From an uncultured Bacteroidales bacterium (lineage in GTDB: Bacteria; Bacteroidota; Bacteroidia; Bacteroidales; Porphyromonadaceae): DNA of 64,000 nucleotides. Location of the stretch: assembly GCA_902489445.1 (NCBI GenBank), contig CABTZX010000001.1:38606-102605 (forward strand), written 5' to 3'. A model generated the notes under the pieces. That model was not told the origin of the DNA. It was given only the letters and a program-made list of their open reading frames with translations, and did no database searches. The translations under genes were made by a program, and so were the position numbers. Shown here piece by piece: positions 38,828-48,435 of this stretch (its first letter is position 1; every line of letters starts with the position of its first letter).

Positions 38828-39244
38828 CTACTTGCGGAGATTATCCCGAATCTCGCGGAGCAACTTCACCTCTTCGGATGGTTCGGGTGCAGGTTCCTGA
38901 GCGGCTTCTTTCTTACGTCTAAAACTATTGATCCCCTTAATCAGTAGAAAGATAACCAATGCGATGATAAAGAAATCCAGTAAGGCTTGGATGAAACTTC
39001 CTATCGTTAATGCTACTTCAGGACGGATAATTTCGTCACCCTCCATAATACCGGGACGGAGAATCCATTTTAGATCGGCAAAATTGCCTTTGTCCGTAAG
39101 TAACGTAATTGGGGGCATAATCACATCCTTCACCAAGGAATCAACTATTTTGCCGAACGCACCGCCGATGATGATCCCGACAGCCATATCCATCACACTT
39201 CCTTTGAGTGCGAACTCTTTGAACTCTTGAATAAACTTAGCCAT
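38828..39244 (-). CDS. mscL: large-conductance mechanosensitive channel
   Basis: 138 aa. MAKFIQEFKEFALKGSVMDMAVGIIIGGAFGKIV is the canonical MscL N-terminus/TM1. Confidence 0.9.
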   Translation of the reverse strand: MAKFIQEFKEFALKGSVMDMAVGIIIGGAFGKIVDSLVKDVIMPPITLLTDKGNFADLKWILRPGIMEGDEIIRPEVALTIGSFIQALLDFFIIALVIFLLIKGINSFRRKKEAAQEPAPEPSEEVKLLREIRDNLRK

Positions 39245-39571
39245 ACGATCTTGTTTTGCTAACTAACTGATGTTTCTTCTTACGTGGCAAAAGTACGCTC
39301 TTTTTGGGAAGATAACAAGGAAAATAATCGGCAAAACGCTGTTTTAGCCACTTTTTCACGCGTTAAGGGGTCTAAAGTTGCGTTAGAAAAAAAATAATGA
39401 TTACTTTTGGTGCAGGTACCGAAAAGTAGTGGTTGTAGGTTGCGCTTTGGCTCAGGTGAAGCACGGCTAAAACAAAGAAATTGGGCAACCGAAAAAGAAG
39501 GAAAGAATGAAAAAGAGAGGTACACAAAATTATACAGACGAGAGTTTAACTACACAATAAGAAGAATCGTT

Positions 39572-39841
39572 ATGAACAAAACAGAATTCATTGCTCGCGT
39601 AGCTGAAGAAGCCGGGCTGACAAAAGCGCAAGCTCAGAAGGCTGTAGCTGCATTCAGCGACGTAATTGCAGACCAAATGCGTAAGGGAGAAAAAGTTGCT
39701 ATCCTTGGATTCGGCACTTTCTCTGTTACGGAAAGACAGGCACGTATGGGTATCAATCCTCGCACCAAAAAGCAAATCAAGATACCTGCACGCAAGAGTG
39801 TTAAATTCAAACCGGGTTCCGGTCTTGATCTCACGAAGTAG
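39572..39841 (+). CDS. DNA-binding protein HU
   Basis: 90 aa: MNKTEFIARVAEEAGLTKAQAQKAV...GFGTFSVTERQARMGINPRT. The ORF-track start at 39407 is an upstream in-frame extension. Confidence 0.9.
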   Translation: MNKTEFIARVAEEAGLTKAQAQKAVAAFSDVIADQMRKGEKVAILGFGTFSVTERQARMGINPRTKKQIKIPARKSVKFKPGSGLDLTK

Positions 39842-40134
39842 TAAGGTTTTCTCCCATTAAAAGTAGAAGAAAGCATTACGCTACGTAAGAGACGCTCGTT
39901 GCACAGTGTGCGTCTCGGTAAAGAAGAAGCCTGTTCCGAACTTACGTACTATTCGGGGCAGGCTTCCCATTTTATTATATGCTTTTAGAGGCTTTCAGAG
40001 GCAATATGAGCGTCTGTATAGCATTTATTTTGTAGCTTTGCGGTACCAAGTGGCTGACATTGCCCAAAAGGGAGGCGAGAGACGCCCGCGGACGAGATAG
40101 AATGAAGAAATAAAGAAAAAGAGCAACATAGCTG

Positions 40135-40776
40135 ATGAAGACTTTAATTCGAGTATTGATTGGAGTAGCCGTTGTCGTGATGGCTTACTTGTGCGTTATG
40201 AGCATCTATACGCCGGTTCAGTTCGACCGCGAACAAAAGAAACGCGAACAGGTGATAGAAGAACGGCTTAAGGAGCTGACCCAGTATCAGTTGGCATACA
40301 AAAGTGTACACGGCACCTTTGCCAGTGGAGATCAATTGGTTGACTTCCTGCAAAACGGCCGTATCTATTACGTAAATGCAGAGGGCGATTACACCGACGC
40401 CATGCGTGAAAAAGGTCTTTCGGAAGCAGAAGCTGCTCGTCAAGGCTTGATTCAGCGCGATACGGTATATGTTAGTGCCAAGGACTCACTCCTACGTCAG
40501 GGCGTTGATCCCGCAGAATTGATCAAAGTTCCCGGAATGTCCGACGATATGATTGATATTCAGGCATCTGTGGTCAATCAGTATATCGGTACCGATACCA
40601 TTCCTGTATCCGTTTTCATGATGGCCGTACCGATGGATGTTTATATGCGCGGAATGGACCCGCAGTTGGTTGCAGCGAAGAAGGATGAAGCCGTAGCTCG
40701 CAACAACGGAAAGGGTTATCCCGGCTTGGTAATTGGTTCTCTCGAAGAACTTAAAACAACGGGTAACTGGGAGTAA
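40135..40776 (+). CDS. hypothetical membrane-anchored protein
   Basis: N-terminal TM anchor (LIRVLIGVAVVVMAYLCVM) followed by a soluble domain of about 190 aa. No recognisable motif. Confidence 0.5.
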   Translation: MKTLIRVLIGVAVVVMAYLCVMSIYTPVQFDREQKKREQVIEERLKELTQYQLAYKSVHGTFASGDQLVDFLQNGRIYYVNAEGDYTDAMREKGLSEAEAARQGLIQRDTVYVSAKDSLLRQGVDPAELIKVPGMSDDMIDIQASVVNQYIGTDTIPVSVFMMAVPMDVYMRGMDPQLVAAKKDEAVARNNGKGYPGLVIGSLEELKTTGNWE

Positions 40777-40782
40777 CTCTCT

Positions 40783-41637
40783 ATGCCTCTTCCTCCGTTA
40801 CCGGTAGTGCCGTTCAGTGAGGAAAGGGCAACTACAATGAGCCTCGCCATCCGATTTTTTTCGGATAGCGTGGCTTATTCTATTACAGACGCTACCGGAT
40901 ACACACAGCTTGCCGGTCAGCACAAATTCCCTTTGCAGCTTTGGGAAGAGCGTGGAGTGGAATTCTTTTCGAACATATTGGATCAAAGTCCTTTCCTTGT
41001 TTTTCCCTATAAATCTGTACAGATAACCTATTCTCCCGCTGCGTATGCGCTGATTCCTCCCGGAATGACGGCGGAAGATGGTAACGATGAGGCGTGGTTA
41101 CTTCCTTGGGCGTTGATGTTGGATGGCTCCGCTTACGTAGATACGTACACAATTGAGAGCGGTCAGCCCTCAGTCGTGGTGGCTTGGCAGCGTGAGTTGT
41201 ATCTTTTCCTAAAGCGCACGTATCCAGCGGCATCTATCGAGCCGATTACACTGTATGCAATACGAGAGGCACTTTGTCGCTCCAGAAGGGAAAGAACGCG
41301 TGTATTAAATCTACTTTTGGACGGAAAAACGCTCGAATTGGTTGCTGTAAAAGAGGGACAAATCGATATCGCTAATCGTTTTGCCATAGGAGTAGCTCCG
41401 CAGGAAAAAGAGAGCTATGCCACCGCTGTTCTATATTTTGTGGCAGCATATCTTCGTTCCGCCCAAGAGCTTCATCCCGCAAACGGGCAGGACGTTATAA
41501 CGTTATATTATCTCCTGCACCAATGGGGTTTCGATAATGACCCTTTGCCACAGCTTAATCAGGAGCTTGAGCATATGGGGTATGACTTATCCGTCATTCC
41601 CATTTCAGGCTTATTTTTCAAAGAATTGTGCGAATAA
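40783..41637 (+). CDS. hypothetical protein (possibly a DUF3822-like Bacteroidetes family that often sits next to rsmD)
   Basis: 284-aa ORF with good coding character, overlapping the rsmD start by 10 nt. The family assignment is from memory only. Confidence 0.45.
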   Translation: MPLPPLPVVPFSEERATTMSLAIRFFSDSVAYSITDATGYTQLAGQHKFPLQLWEERGVEFFSNILDQSPFLVFPYKSVQITYSPAAYALIPPGMTAEDGNDEAWLLPWALMLDGSAYVDTYTIESGQPSVVVAWQRELYLFLKRTYPAASIEPITLYAIREALCRSRRERTRVLNLLLDGKTLELVAVKEGQIDIANRFAIGVAPQEKESYATAVLYFVAAYLRSAQELHPANGQDVITLYYLLHQWGFDNDPLPQLNQELEHMGYDLSVIPISGLFFKELCE

Positions 41638-42188
41638 TAGGCGGAATATTGGCCGGCAGACGTTTTGACGTCAATCAGAAGCTCAAGCTTCGTCCCACTA
41701 CCGATATGGCAAAGGAAGCGCTCTTTAATATGCTTTCTGCTCGTTTTGAATTCGAAGGAAAGCGTGTTTTGGATCTTTTTGCGGGAACAGGCGGCATCGG
41801 TATAGAATTCGCTTCGCGAGGGGCTGCCCATGTGCTCTTTGTCGAAAAGGTACCGCGTCACGTAGCCGGAATAAGAAAGTTGGTTATGGATACCGGATTG
41901 GACACGACAATCGAGGTGCGTGTAGCCGATGTGCTGCGCTTTCTCCGATCCGAAAATGCTATCCCTGATGAGCATTTTGACTTCATTTTTGCCGATCCAC
42001 CCTATAATTTACCCGAAATACCGGCACTCCCCGAACAAATACTTTGTTCCGGATTGCTTGCTCCCACCGGTATTTTGATTCTGGAGCATCCCAAGGAGTA
42101 CGATTTTTCTGCCAATTCGCAGTTTATCCTGCATCGTTCCTATAGCGCCGTTAACTTCAGCCTCTTCTCCCAAAGCGCCCCGAGCTAA
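41628..42188 (+). CDS. rsmD: 16S rRNA (guanine966-N2)-methyltransferase
   Basis: SAM motif LDLFAGTGGIGIE and the catalytic FADPPY motif. Typical RsmD length of 186 aa. Confidence 0.85.
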   Translation: MRIIGGILAGRRFDVNQKLKLRPTTDMAKEALFNMLSARFEFEGKRVLDLFAGTGGIGIEFASRGAAHVLFVEKVPRHVAGIRKLVMDTGLDTTIEVRVADVLRFLRSENAIPDEHFDFIFADPPYNLPEIPALPEQILCSGLLAPTGILILEHPKEYDFSANSQFILHRSYSAVNFSLFSQSAPS

Positions 42189-42260
42189 TCGGCGCAGCCA
42201 CCATATTGTTTCCTAAACTTCTTGTTGAGTTTGGCTACACGTTCTATCGGCGTAGGTACG

Positions 42261-42366
42261 TTGGTATAGATGCATCGGGCGATAGGTATAGATGTTTCCA
42301 TCAAAAGGTATAGATGTTTCGATCGATAGGTATATACGTCTTGCGCAAAAGGTATATGAGTTTCAT
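42261..42366. repeat. palindromic-box repeat array, 5 copies (GGTATAGATG variant)
   Basis: ttggtatagatgcatcg / gataggtatagatgtttcc / caaaaggtatagatgtttcg / gataggtatatacgtcttg / caaaaggtatatgagtttca. Confidence 0.85.
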
Positions 42367-42525
42367 CGGATGGCGAGCAACCTTGTCGTGAAGCGTATCT
42401 TTCCTTGACGGATTGTCTTGCGTCGTGCGTCTACGGATATAGGGGCTGTTTGGCGGTACGTTTCCGTCAATCGTCTGTTTCTGGTGCTTGGATGGGTAGG
42501 ATAGTTCCAATTATTCTTCGTAATA

Positions 42526-42903
42526 TTGTCGCCGAATCCGCTATTGAAGCGTGAAGTTAGAGGAATGAGTGAGCAGATAGCAAGAAAGAACGAGCCTTCT
42601 TCGGATAGTATTCTCTCGATAAGAGGATTGCACTTTGCCTATCAGAGCAAAGCCATACTGCGTGGTGTGGATCTGGAGATCCCTGCCGGATCTATCTTCG
42701 GATACCTCGGAAAGAATGGTGCCGGCAAGTATCTGCCCTTTACGACGCTTACCTATTTGGCGTCTCCCCATACGGTGGCGGAGCTTACTGCCTTTTCGGA
42801 AAGAGACGTCATAAACCTATCGCTCTTAGGCATCTCGCTCTTTATCGGCTACCGATGCTTTACCCCCGAAAAGAGATCGTTACTTCGCAACCACATTCAC
42901 TAA
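42526..42903 (+). pseudogene. truncated ABC-transporter ATP-binding protein (N-terminal fragment only)
   Basis: ILSIRGLHFAYQSKAILRGVDLEIPAGSIFGYLGKNGAGK is an ABC ATPase N-terminus through Walker A. After GAGK the sequence no longer matches (no Q-loop, signature or Walker B) and it terminates. Confidence 0.5.
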
Positions 42904-42945
42904 CCTCATCGCGTAAAGTTTCCGTTTAATCAACACATCCTTGCA

Positions 42946-43839
42946 ATGAAGAAGCTGCTTTATCCTAATCTGTATAAGGAACTGATTACCCTCTTGAGGG
43001 GCGTCAGCCAAGTGTTTCTCATTAATAAAGCTCTCTCGGGCGCGCTAATTCTTATCGGGATTGCCTGTAACTCGTGGCGGCAGGCACTGATGGCTCTGCT
43101 GGGAGCGGCTGTTGCCCGTATGACCGCTTCTCTTTGTGGCTATGAGCGTCGGGAGATTGAGGATGGTCTTTACGGATTTAACGGTGTTTTGGTGGGCATT
43201 GCCGTAGGGGTTTATTGGGCGATCGGTTGGCTTTCGCTTCTCTTCGTAATAGTGGGAGCCGCAGCGTCAACCCCTATAGCATACTGCTTTCGGAAGCGAA
43301 CTCGTTTGCCCGGATTAACCGCGCCTTTCATTATCGCCGTGTGGGCGCTACTTCTTATCAGTGCTGTTGCTCCGGAAGCTATGGGACGATTGACCTCCAC
43401 TGCACCTTCGGCAGAGCCGTATCCCTACCTCCGAGTGCCCGCCGATAGCTTTGGACAGGTGATGTTTCAGGCTAATGCGCTCTCCGGATTGCTCTTCTTT
43501 GTGGCGATTCTCTCGGTATCGCGTCGCAAAGCACTATATGCGCTGGCGGCGGCTTTGTTGCCGATGCTCCTGATTCCTATAGTGCCGCAACCGATGTGGC
43601 GTGAGGGACTGCTAGGCTACAACGCAGTGCTGTGTGCGCTCTATTGGGCAGACGTAGCGCATCGTCCGTTGCTTCGAGCCTTGCTCTCGGTAGTGTTGTC
43701 GGTTGCCGTGCAGCTGCTGGCTATGCATCTGCATGCCATTCCGCTGACCGCCCCCTTTGTCCTCTCCGTTTGGGCGGTGTGGCTGTGGAAAGAGCCCTCA
43801 TCCCCTTCAACCGCGCCATCAGCGCCCGCATTAGGATAA
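42946..43839 (+). CDS. urea transporter (UT) family membrane protein
   Basis: Two-repeat membrane protein with LTAPF motifs in each half (GLTAPFIIAVWALL / PLTAPFVLSVWAVW) and GLYGFNGVLVG, as in UT/Yut-family channels. Confidence 0.6.
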   Translation: MKKLLYPNLYKELITLLRGVSQVFLINKALSGALILIGIACNSWRQALMALLGAAVARMTASLCGYERREIEDGLYGFNGVLVGIAVGVYWAIGWLSLLFVIVGAAASTPIAYCFRKRTRLPGLTAPFIIAVWALLLISAVAPEAMGRLTSTAPSAEPYPYLRVPADSFGQVMFQANALSGLLFFVAILSVSRRKALYALAAALLPMLLIPIVPQPMWREGLLGYNAVLCALYWADVAHRPLLRALLSVVLSVAVQLLAMHLHAIPLTAPFVLSVWAVWLWKEPSSPSTAPSAPALG

Positions 43840-44104
43840 TCTTGAACGGGCGGAGCGCATCTATACAAACGTAAGTGCGCGTTACACACTGCTTTCTCGC
43901 ACAGCTCCAAACATAAGAGAACGCATCTACGCAGACGTGTAGGCATATCTTTTGTGCAACCTTTACCATCTTCCTTTTACTTTCGACAACCGCATCTGAC
44001 TTTTCTTTCCCGTCATCCTATTCTTACTGACCACTTATCCGCACGTGCATAACTCTTTACTCGTACTTAACCGGCCACTCAAGCGTTTCTTATCAAATTC
44101 TTCT

Positions 44105-44290
44105 ACGTACCTTTTCAATCATTTATACGTACTTCCGCAACCATTTGTATATACCTCCTCAATAAATCCTTTAAAGGATTTATATAAACTGCTTAAAGAA
44201 TTTATACGCGTACTTAAAATGATTCGTACAAATTCTTTAAACAATTTGTCGAATAGGTACGTACAAATACTTGAGCTTGTACGTATAAAC
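44105..44290. repeat. MITE-like repeat element copy B (same orientation as copy A)
   Basis: ttctacgtaccttttcaatcatttatacgtac...aaatcctttaaaggatttatataaactgcttaaagaatttatacgcgtacttaaaatgattcgtacaaat aligns with 38380-38540 at about 75-80% identity. Confidence 0.7.
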
Positions 44291-44642
44291 AATTGCGAAA
44301 GTACGATGCCGCGAGCGAAAAGAAAGGACGTACAGAGCAAAAGAGAGCGAAGCTCTGCTCCCGCTAACCCGAGCCCTCTGAAAAGGGAAATGGCTACTAA
44401 CGTTAGCGAAAGAAATATCTCCCGAAACGAATAACTAGACACGAACAACTAATGTTATGTAGGTATGATATGAAAGAGTCCTTCTTTGTCGCTTAATAAT
44501 GGTAGTAAATTATGCAAGGGAGGCACAAGATCAATTCAATGTTACGTTTCCACACAAAAGAACCAATCGCTATCTGAGCGGGTAAAAGGGTACCTTTGCA
44601 GTGGGGAGAACGAGTTGCCACTTGAGGATAAGGAAGTGAAAG

Positions 44643-45890
44643 ATGAATACATCCGGTAAATTTCGTAGAAAACGATATCTCTCGCCGGCATTAACTATCG
44701 TCATTCTGTTTGGCGTGATTAGCATGCTCGGCGATTTAGTGCACGAATCTGCACGAAGCGTAAACGGGCAGTACCTCAGTTTGGTTGGACTAACCGCTAC
44801 GCAAGTGGGGTTGGTGTTCGGAATAGGGGAGTTCTTGGGGTACGCATTACGGCTCCTTTTTGGATCGCTTCTTGATAGAAGTGGGAGGTATTGGCTGTTT
44901 CTTTTTATTGGTTATGGTGTCCATTTGGTTATTCCACTTATGGGGGTAACCACGGCTTGGGGCTGGTTGTATACATTTATTCTGCTTGAACGTGTAGGAA
45001 AAGCATTGCGAAGCCCTGCCAAGGATACTCTCCTTTCTGCTGTGGCTGAGGGCGAAATCGGTTTGGGATACGCCTTTGGCATCCAGGAAGCCTTAGACCA
45101 GTTAGGAGCTTTTCTTGGACCTTTGCTCTTTACTGCGCTTTTTTCCATTTTAGACCGAAGTACTATTGATGCATTTCAGATAGGCTATCGGTTGCTTCTG
45201 ATCCCGTTTCTCCTCTTAATGGTTGTACTCATTTGGGTACATCAACGCTTTGTTCGTGCAGATCTTACGCCTAAAGTTGAGGTGAATGCCCCACCGGTAC
45301 GATTACAACCTATATTTTGGATCTACTCGGCATTTACTTTCTTTGCCGCATTCGGACTCATCAACTTTAGCATAGTGGGCTATCACCTCAAAGTGAAGCA
45401 GATTGTTCCCGATAGTGTGATTCCTATTCTTTATGCTGTGGCTATGGCTGTGGATGCGCTTGTGGCGATCGCTATCGGCAAATTATACGACCGAATGAAG
45501 CGCAAAACAGGGCGTAAATCAGCGGGAATATTGGTTTTGCTGATAGTTCCGGTTCTGACGGCATTCCTACCGATCCTTACCTTTTCGCACACAAATACGT
45601 TTATTTGGATTGGAATGGTGCTTATGGGCATTGTTTTAGGCGTGCACGAAACGGTAATGCGATCGGCAATTGCGGATATTACGCCGTTCCGAAAGCGCGG
45701 AATTGGGTTTGGTTTGTTCAATACGATCTATGGATTAGCCCTGCTTTTCGGTTCCCTTCTAATGGGAAGGCTGTACGATCTGCAGAAAACATCCCTTATC
45801 GCAATAATAACTGTCCTTTTGGAACTTTTCGCCATCATACTCTATTTTGTTCTTTATAAACGAATTAAGACTGAGAAAGCGCCCTCCTGA
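44643..45890 (+). CDS. MFS transporter
   Basis: 415 aa with 12 predicted TM segments. The loop motifs LLDRSGRYW and MGRLYD are MFS-like. Confidence 0.8.
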   Translation: MNTSGKFRRKRYLSPALTIVILFGVISMLGDLVHESARSVNGQYLSLVGLTATQVGLVFGIGEFLGYALRLLFGSLLDRSGRYWLFLFIGYGVHLVIPLMGVTTAWGWLYTFILLERVGKALRSPAKDTLLSAVAEGEIGLGYAFGIQEALDQLGAFLGPLLFTALFSILDRSTIDAFQIGYRLLLIPFLLLMVVLIWVHQRFVRADLTPKVEVNAPPVRLQPIFWIYSAFTFFAAFGLINFSIVGYHLKVKQIVPDSVIPILYAVAMAVDALVAIAIGKLYDRMKRKTGRKSAGILVLLIVPVLTAFLPILTFSHTNTFIWIGMVLMGIVLGVHETVMRSAIADITPFRKRGIGFGLFNTIYGLALLFGSLLMGRLYDLQKTSLIAIITVLLELFAIILYFVLYKRIKTEKAPS

Positions 45891-46213
45891 GCTCCTTTCC
45901 TCAGAGGATTTTTACCTCTATAAACGAAGGAATGAGAGAAAGTTGGCATTGATGGGATTGGATCATTATTTGGAGTGGAGAAATAGGTAGTGCTAATTTG
46001 CATGCCGATGGATTGATTCCTTCTGATTTACAGATGCTTTCTTAAGAGCTGTTCAGTACTATTGGCGAAAAGAGCACTATTGAAACGCTGAGCTGTGCAT
46101 AGGTTTGGTTAGTGTTATGGTCGTTTTAATCGACATTTATGCTTGTTTGTATCGATTCTTTTCGTACCTTTGCACCACGCTTCCGGACAAGTGTATGCGT
46201 CGGAGCGTACGAT

Positions 46214-46287
46214 GGCGAGATAGCTCAGCTGGTTAGAGCGCATGATTCATAATCATGAGGTCGAGGGTTCAAGTCCCTCTCTCGCTA
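46214..46287 (+). tRNA. tRNA with a CAU anticodon (elongator Met or lysidine-modified Ile2)
   Basis: Cloverleaf: acceptor GGCGAGA/TCTCGCT, D-arm TAGCTCAGCTGGTTAGAGC, anticodon loop tTCATAa, T-arm GGTTCAAGTCC. No encoded CCA. The anticodon stem lacks the three G-C pairs of an initiator. Confidence 0.8.
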
Positions 46288-46824
46288 CTTCACTATAGAT
46301 TTTTTGTCGCTTACAGAGAAGTTTTTATCCTCTTGTTTCTTAGTTGGGTGGTATCTGTGTAGCAAAGAACTATGGTAGATCTCGGCATTATTCTTATTAT
46401 TCTCACTACTAGGATAGGGTTGTGCTGTTGTTTCCATCCAAAAAGTATGCTATGGAAATGGGGAACTAACGTACAAGAGAGGGAGTTTGAAGAAATAAAG
46501 GAATGGATGATATCGTAAATTATCAATGATAATGCTCCTATTCCCGCGCTGTATCAGTACGAGAAGTTCTTAATAGAATAGAAGATACTTCTCGGTTCGT
46601 ATATTTACACAGTAAACAACGAATAAGCTGCAGATGTGACTTATAATGTTGGATGTTGTTTGGTTGTATCCGATGTAAAGAAATACGAGTTCTCCGGTAA
46701 AAAAGAGGAACAAATGTAGAGCCCGAGTTCCAAATTAGGAGCTCGGGCTGCAATAACTCTATTAAGGATTCAACTAAAGCAAGACTTTGCGTTTGTTCGC
46801 AAGGTTCTGCCCGCGTTAAATGCT

Positions 46825-47385
46825 TTATTCAGCTACACGTATCTGCTTGATGCTATCCATTCCGCGCTTAATCGCCTGCTCATTCATAGGAATAAGCTTG
46901 TGGTGGCGTTCGGGAAGCGATTTCTTCAACCCTGCAATTACGCTTTCGTACTTTACAAAGGGCACCAACTTAAGCAATCCGCCGAGGATGATCATATTGA
47001 ATGATTTCTCATTTCCCAATTCGAGTGCTAATTCGGTGGCATCCACTTCGTAGATATTGATATCCTTACGTTCCGTCATAGTATGAATACCATTGGGTTC
47101 GTAAATAAGGATGCCATTTTTCTTCACTCTAGGGGCAAACTTGTCCAAAGATGGTTGGTTGAGTGCAATTACAATGTCGTAGCTGTTCAGTACGGGCGAG
47201 CTAACCTTCTCGTCACTTACGATTACCGTAACGTTAGAGGTACCTCCGCGCTGTTCGGGTCCGTAGGAAGGCATCCAGCTCACTTCCTTGTCTTCCATCA
47301 TACCGGAGTAGGCGATTATCTTGCCCATAGAGAGGACTCCCTGTCCCCCAAAGCCGGCGATAATAATTTCGTAGGTCATTACCAA
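46825..47385 (-). CDS. korC: 2-oxoacid:ferredoxin oxidoreductase gamma subunit
   Basis: 186 aa: IIIAGFGGQGV...SYGPEQRGG. Confidence 0.85.
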   Translation of the reverse strand: MVMTYEIIIAGFGGQGVLSMGKIIAYSGMMEDKEVSWMPSYGPEQRGGTSNVTVIVSDEKVSSPVLNSYDIVIALNQPSLDKFAPRVKKNGILIYEPNGIHTMTERKDINIYEVDATELALELGNEKSFNMIILGGLLKLVPFVKYESVIAGLKKSLPERHHKLIPMNEQAIKRGMDSIKQIRVAE

Positions 47386-47410
47386 TTCCTTCTAAAAACG
47401 CCTTGTCGGC

Positions 47411-48184
47411 TTATTCATCCTTAAGATCACCCAACTGATACTTGGCAGTCATATGTTCTGCCATCCATTCGTTGGCTTTTGCAGGGCTCATTTTCCATCC
47501 CGTATTACAGGTTGAAACGAACTCAACAACTGAAGTTCCCTTTTTGGCCATCGAGTTTTCGAAAGCTTTGCGTAGTGCGGTTTTCGCCTTACGAACGGCA
47601 CCAACGTTATGTACCGATTGGCGCGTTACATAGCAAGTACCATCCAACTGAGCAAGCAGATTGGAGATAACAAAGGGATATCCCTGCTTATCCGCCTGAC
47701 GACCATAAGGGGAAGTGGTTGTTTTCATTCCGAGGAGTGTGCAAGGGCTCATCTGTCCACCGGTCATCCCATAAATAGCATTGTTTATGAAGATGATAAC
47801 GATATTTTCACCGCGGTTGCAGGCGTGCAGTGTTTCAGCAGTACCAATAGCGGAAAGGTCTCCGTCTCCTTGATAGGTAAAGACGAGTTTCCCCGGGTTC
47901 AAACGCTTAATAGCGGTAGCCAAAGCGGGAGCGCGTCCATGAGCCGCCTCCTGCCAGTCAATATCGATGTAGTTGTAGGCGAATACGGAGCATCCAACGG
48001 GTGCGATACCGATGGAATCCTCTGCCATACCCATTTCGTCAATTACATCTGCCACCAACTTATGTACTACGCCGTGGCTACAGCCCGGACAGTAGTGCAT
48101 TGTATTATTGTTAAGAAGCCGCGGCTTCTGATACACCAAGTTCTCAGGCTTGATGATTTCTTTAATGTCTATCGTTGTATCCAT
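47411..48184 (-). CDS. korB: 2-oxoacid:ferredoxin oxidoreductase beta subunit (TPP-binding)
   Basis: CPGCSHG, GDGD and the TPP-binding region. 257 aa. Confidence 0.9.
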   Translation of the reverse strand: MDTTIDIKEIIKPENLVYQKPRLLNNNTMHYCPGCSHGVVHKLVADVIDEMGMAEDSIGIAPVGCSVFAYNYIDIDWQEAAHGRAPALATAIKRLNPGKLVFTYQGDGDLSAIGTAETLHACNRGENIVIIFINNAIYGMTGGQMSPCTLLGMKTTTSPYGRQADKQGYPFVISNLLAQLDGTCYVTRQSVHNVGAVRKAKTALRKAFENSMAKKGTSVVEFVSTCNTGWKMSPAKANEWMAEHMTAKYQLGDLKDE

Positions 48185-48189
48185 AGTCC

Positions 48190-48405
48190 TTATCGTTTAC
48201 TTTGTCTGACAATGTACCCGGCCACGCGTGCTACTAATGCGGCCCCTCCGGCATAGAGGAAAGCCCAAGGAGCAGAGCGACGCGTCAGGAAGAAAATAAC
48301 TACCATAGCAATGGCAAAGAGATAAAAGAGTACATCCAATACTCCTACCCATTTGTCACGCTTTTTTGTGGCTCTGTTCCTAACGTAGCTCATTGTCACT
48401 TGCAA
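48190..48405 (-). CDS. small hypothetical membrane protein embedded in the kor operon
   Basis: 71-aa ORF with two hydrophobic segments, tightly packed between korA and korB (5 nt and 30 nt gaps). Confidence 0.4.
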   Translation of the reverse strand: MQVTMSYVRNRATKKRDKWVGVLDVLFYLFAIAMVVIFFLTRRSAPWAFLYAGGAALVARVAGYIVRQSKR

Positions 48406-48435
48406 TGCTTAGCACGGGTTACGACCTATTCTTAC

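Noticed and set aside
39407-39571. Upstream 55-codon extension of the HU ORF
   Set aside because: The extension is Arg/Lys-rich junk. HU family proteins are about 90 aa, and the canonical MNKTEFIA start is at 39572.
46311-46753. Two 71-aa minus-strand ORFs between tRNA-CAU and korC
   Set aside because: The region has intergenic composition and the peptides are low-complexity. It more likely holds the korC terminator and tRNA-flanking sequence.
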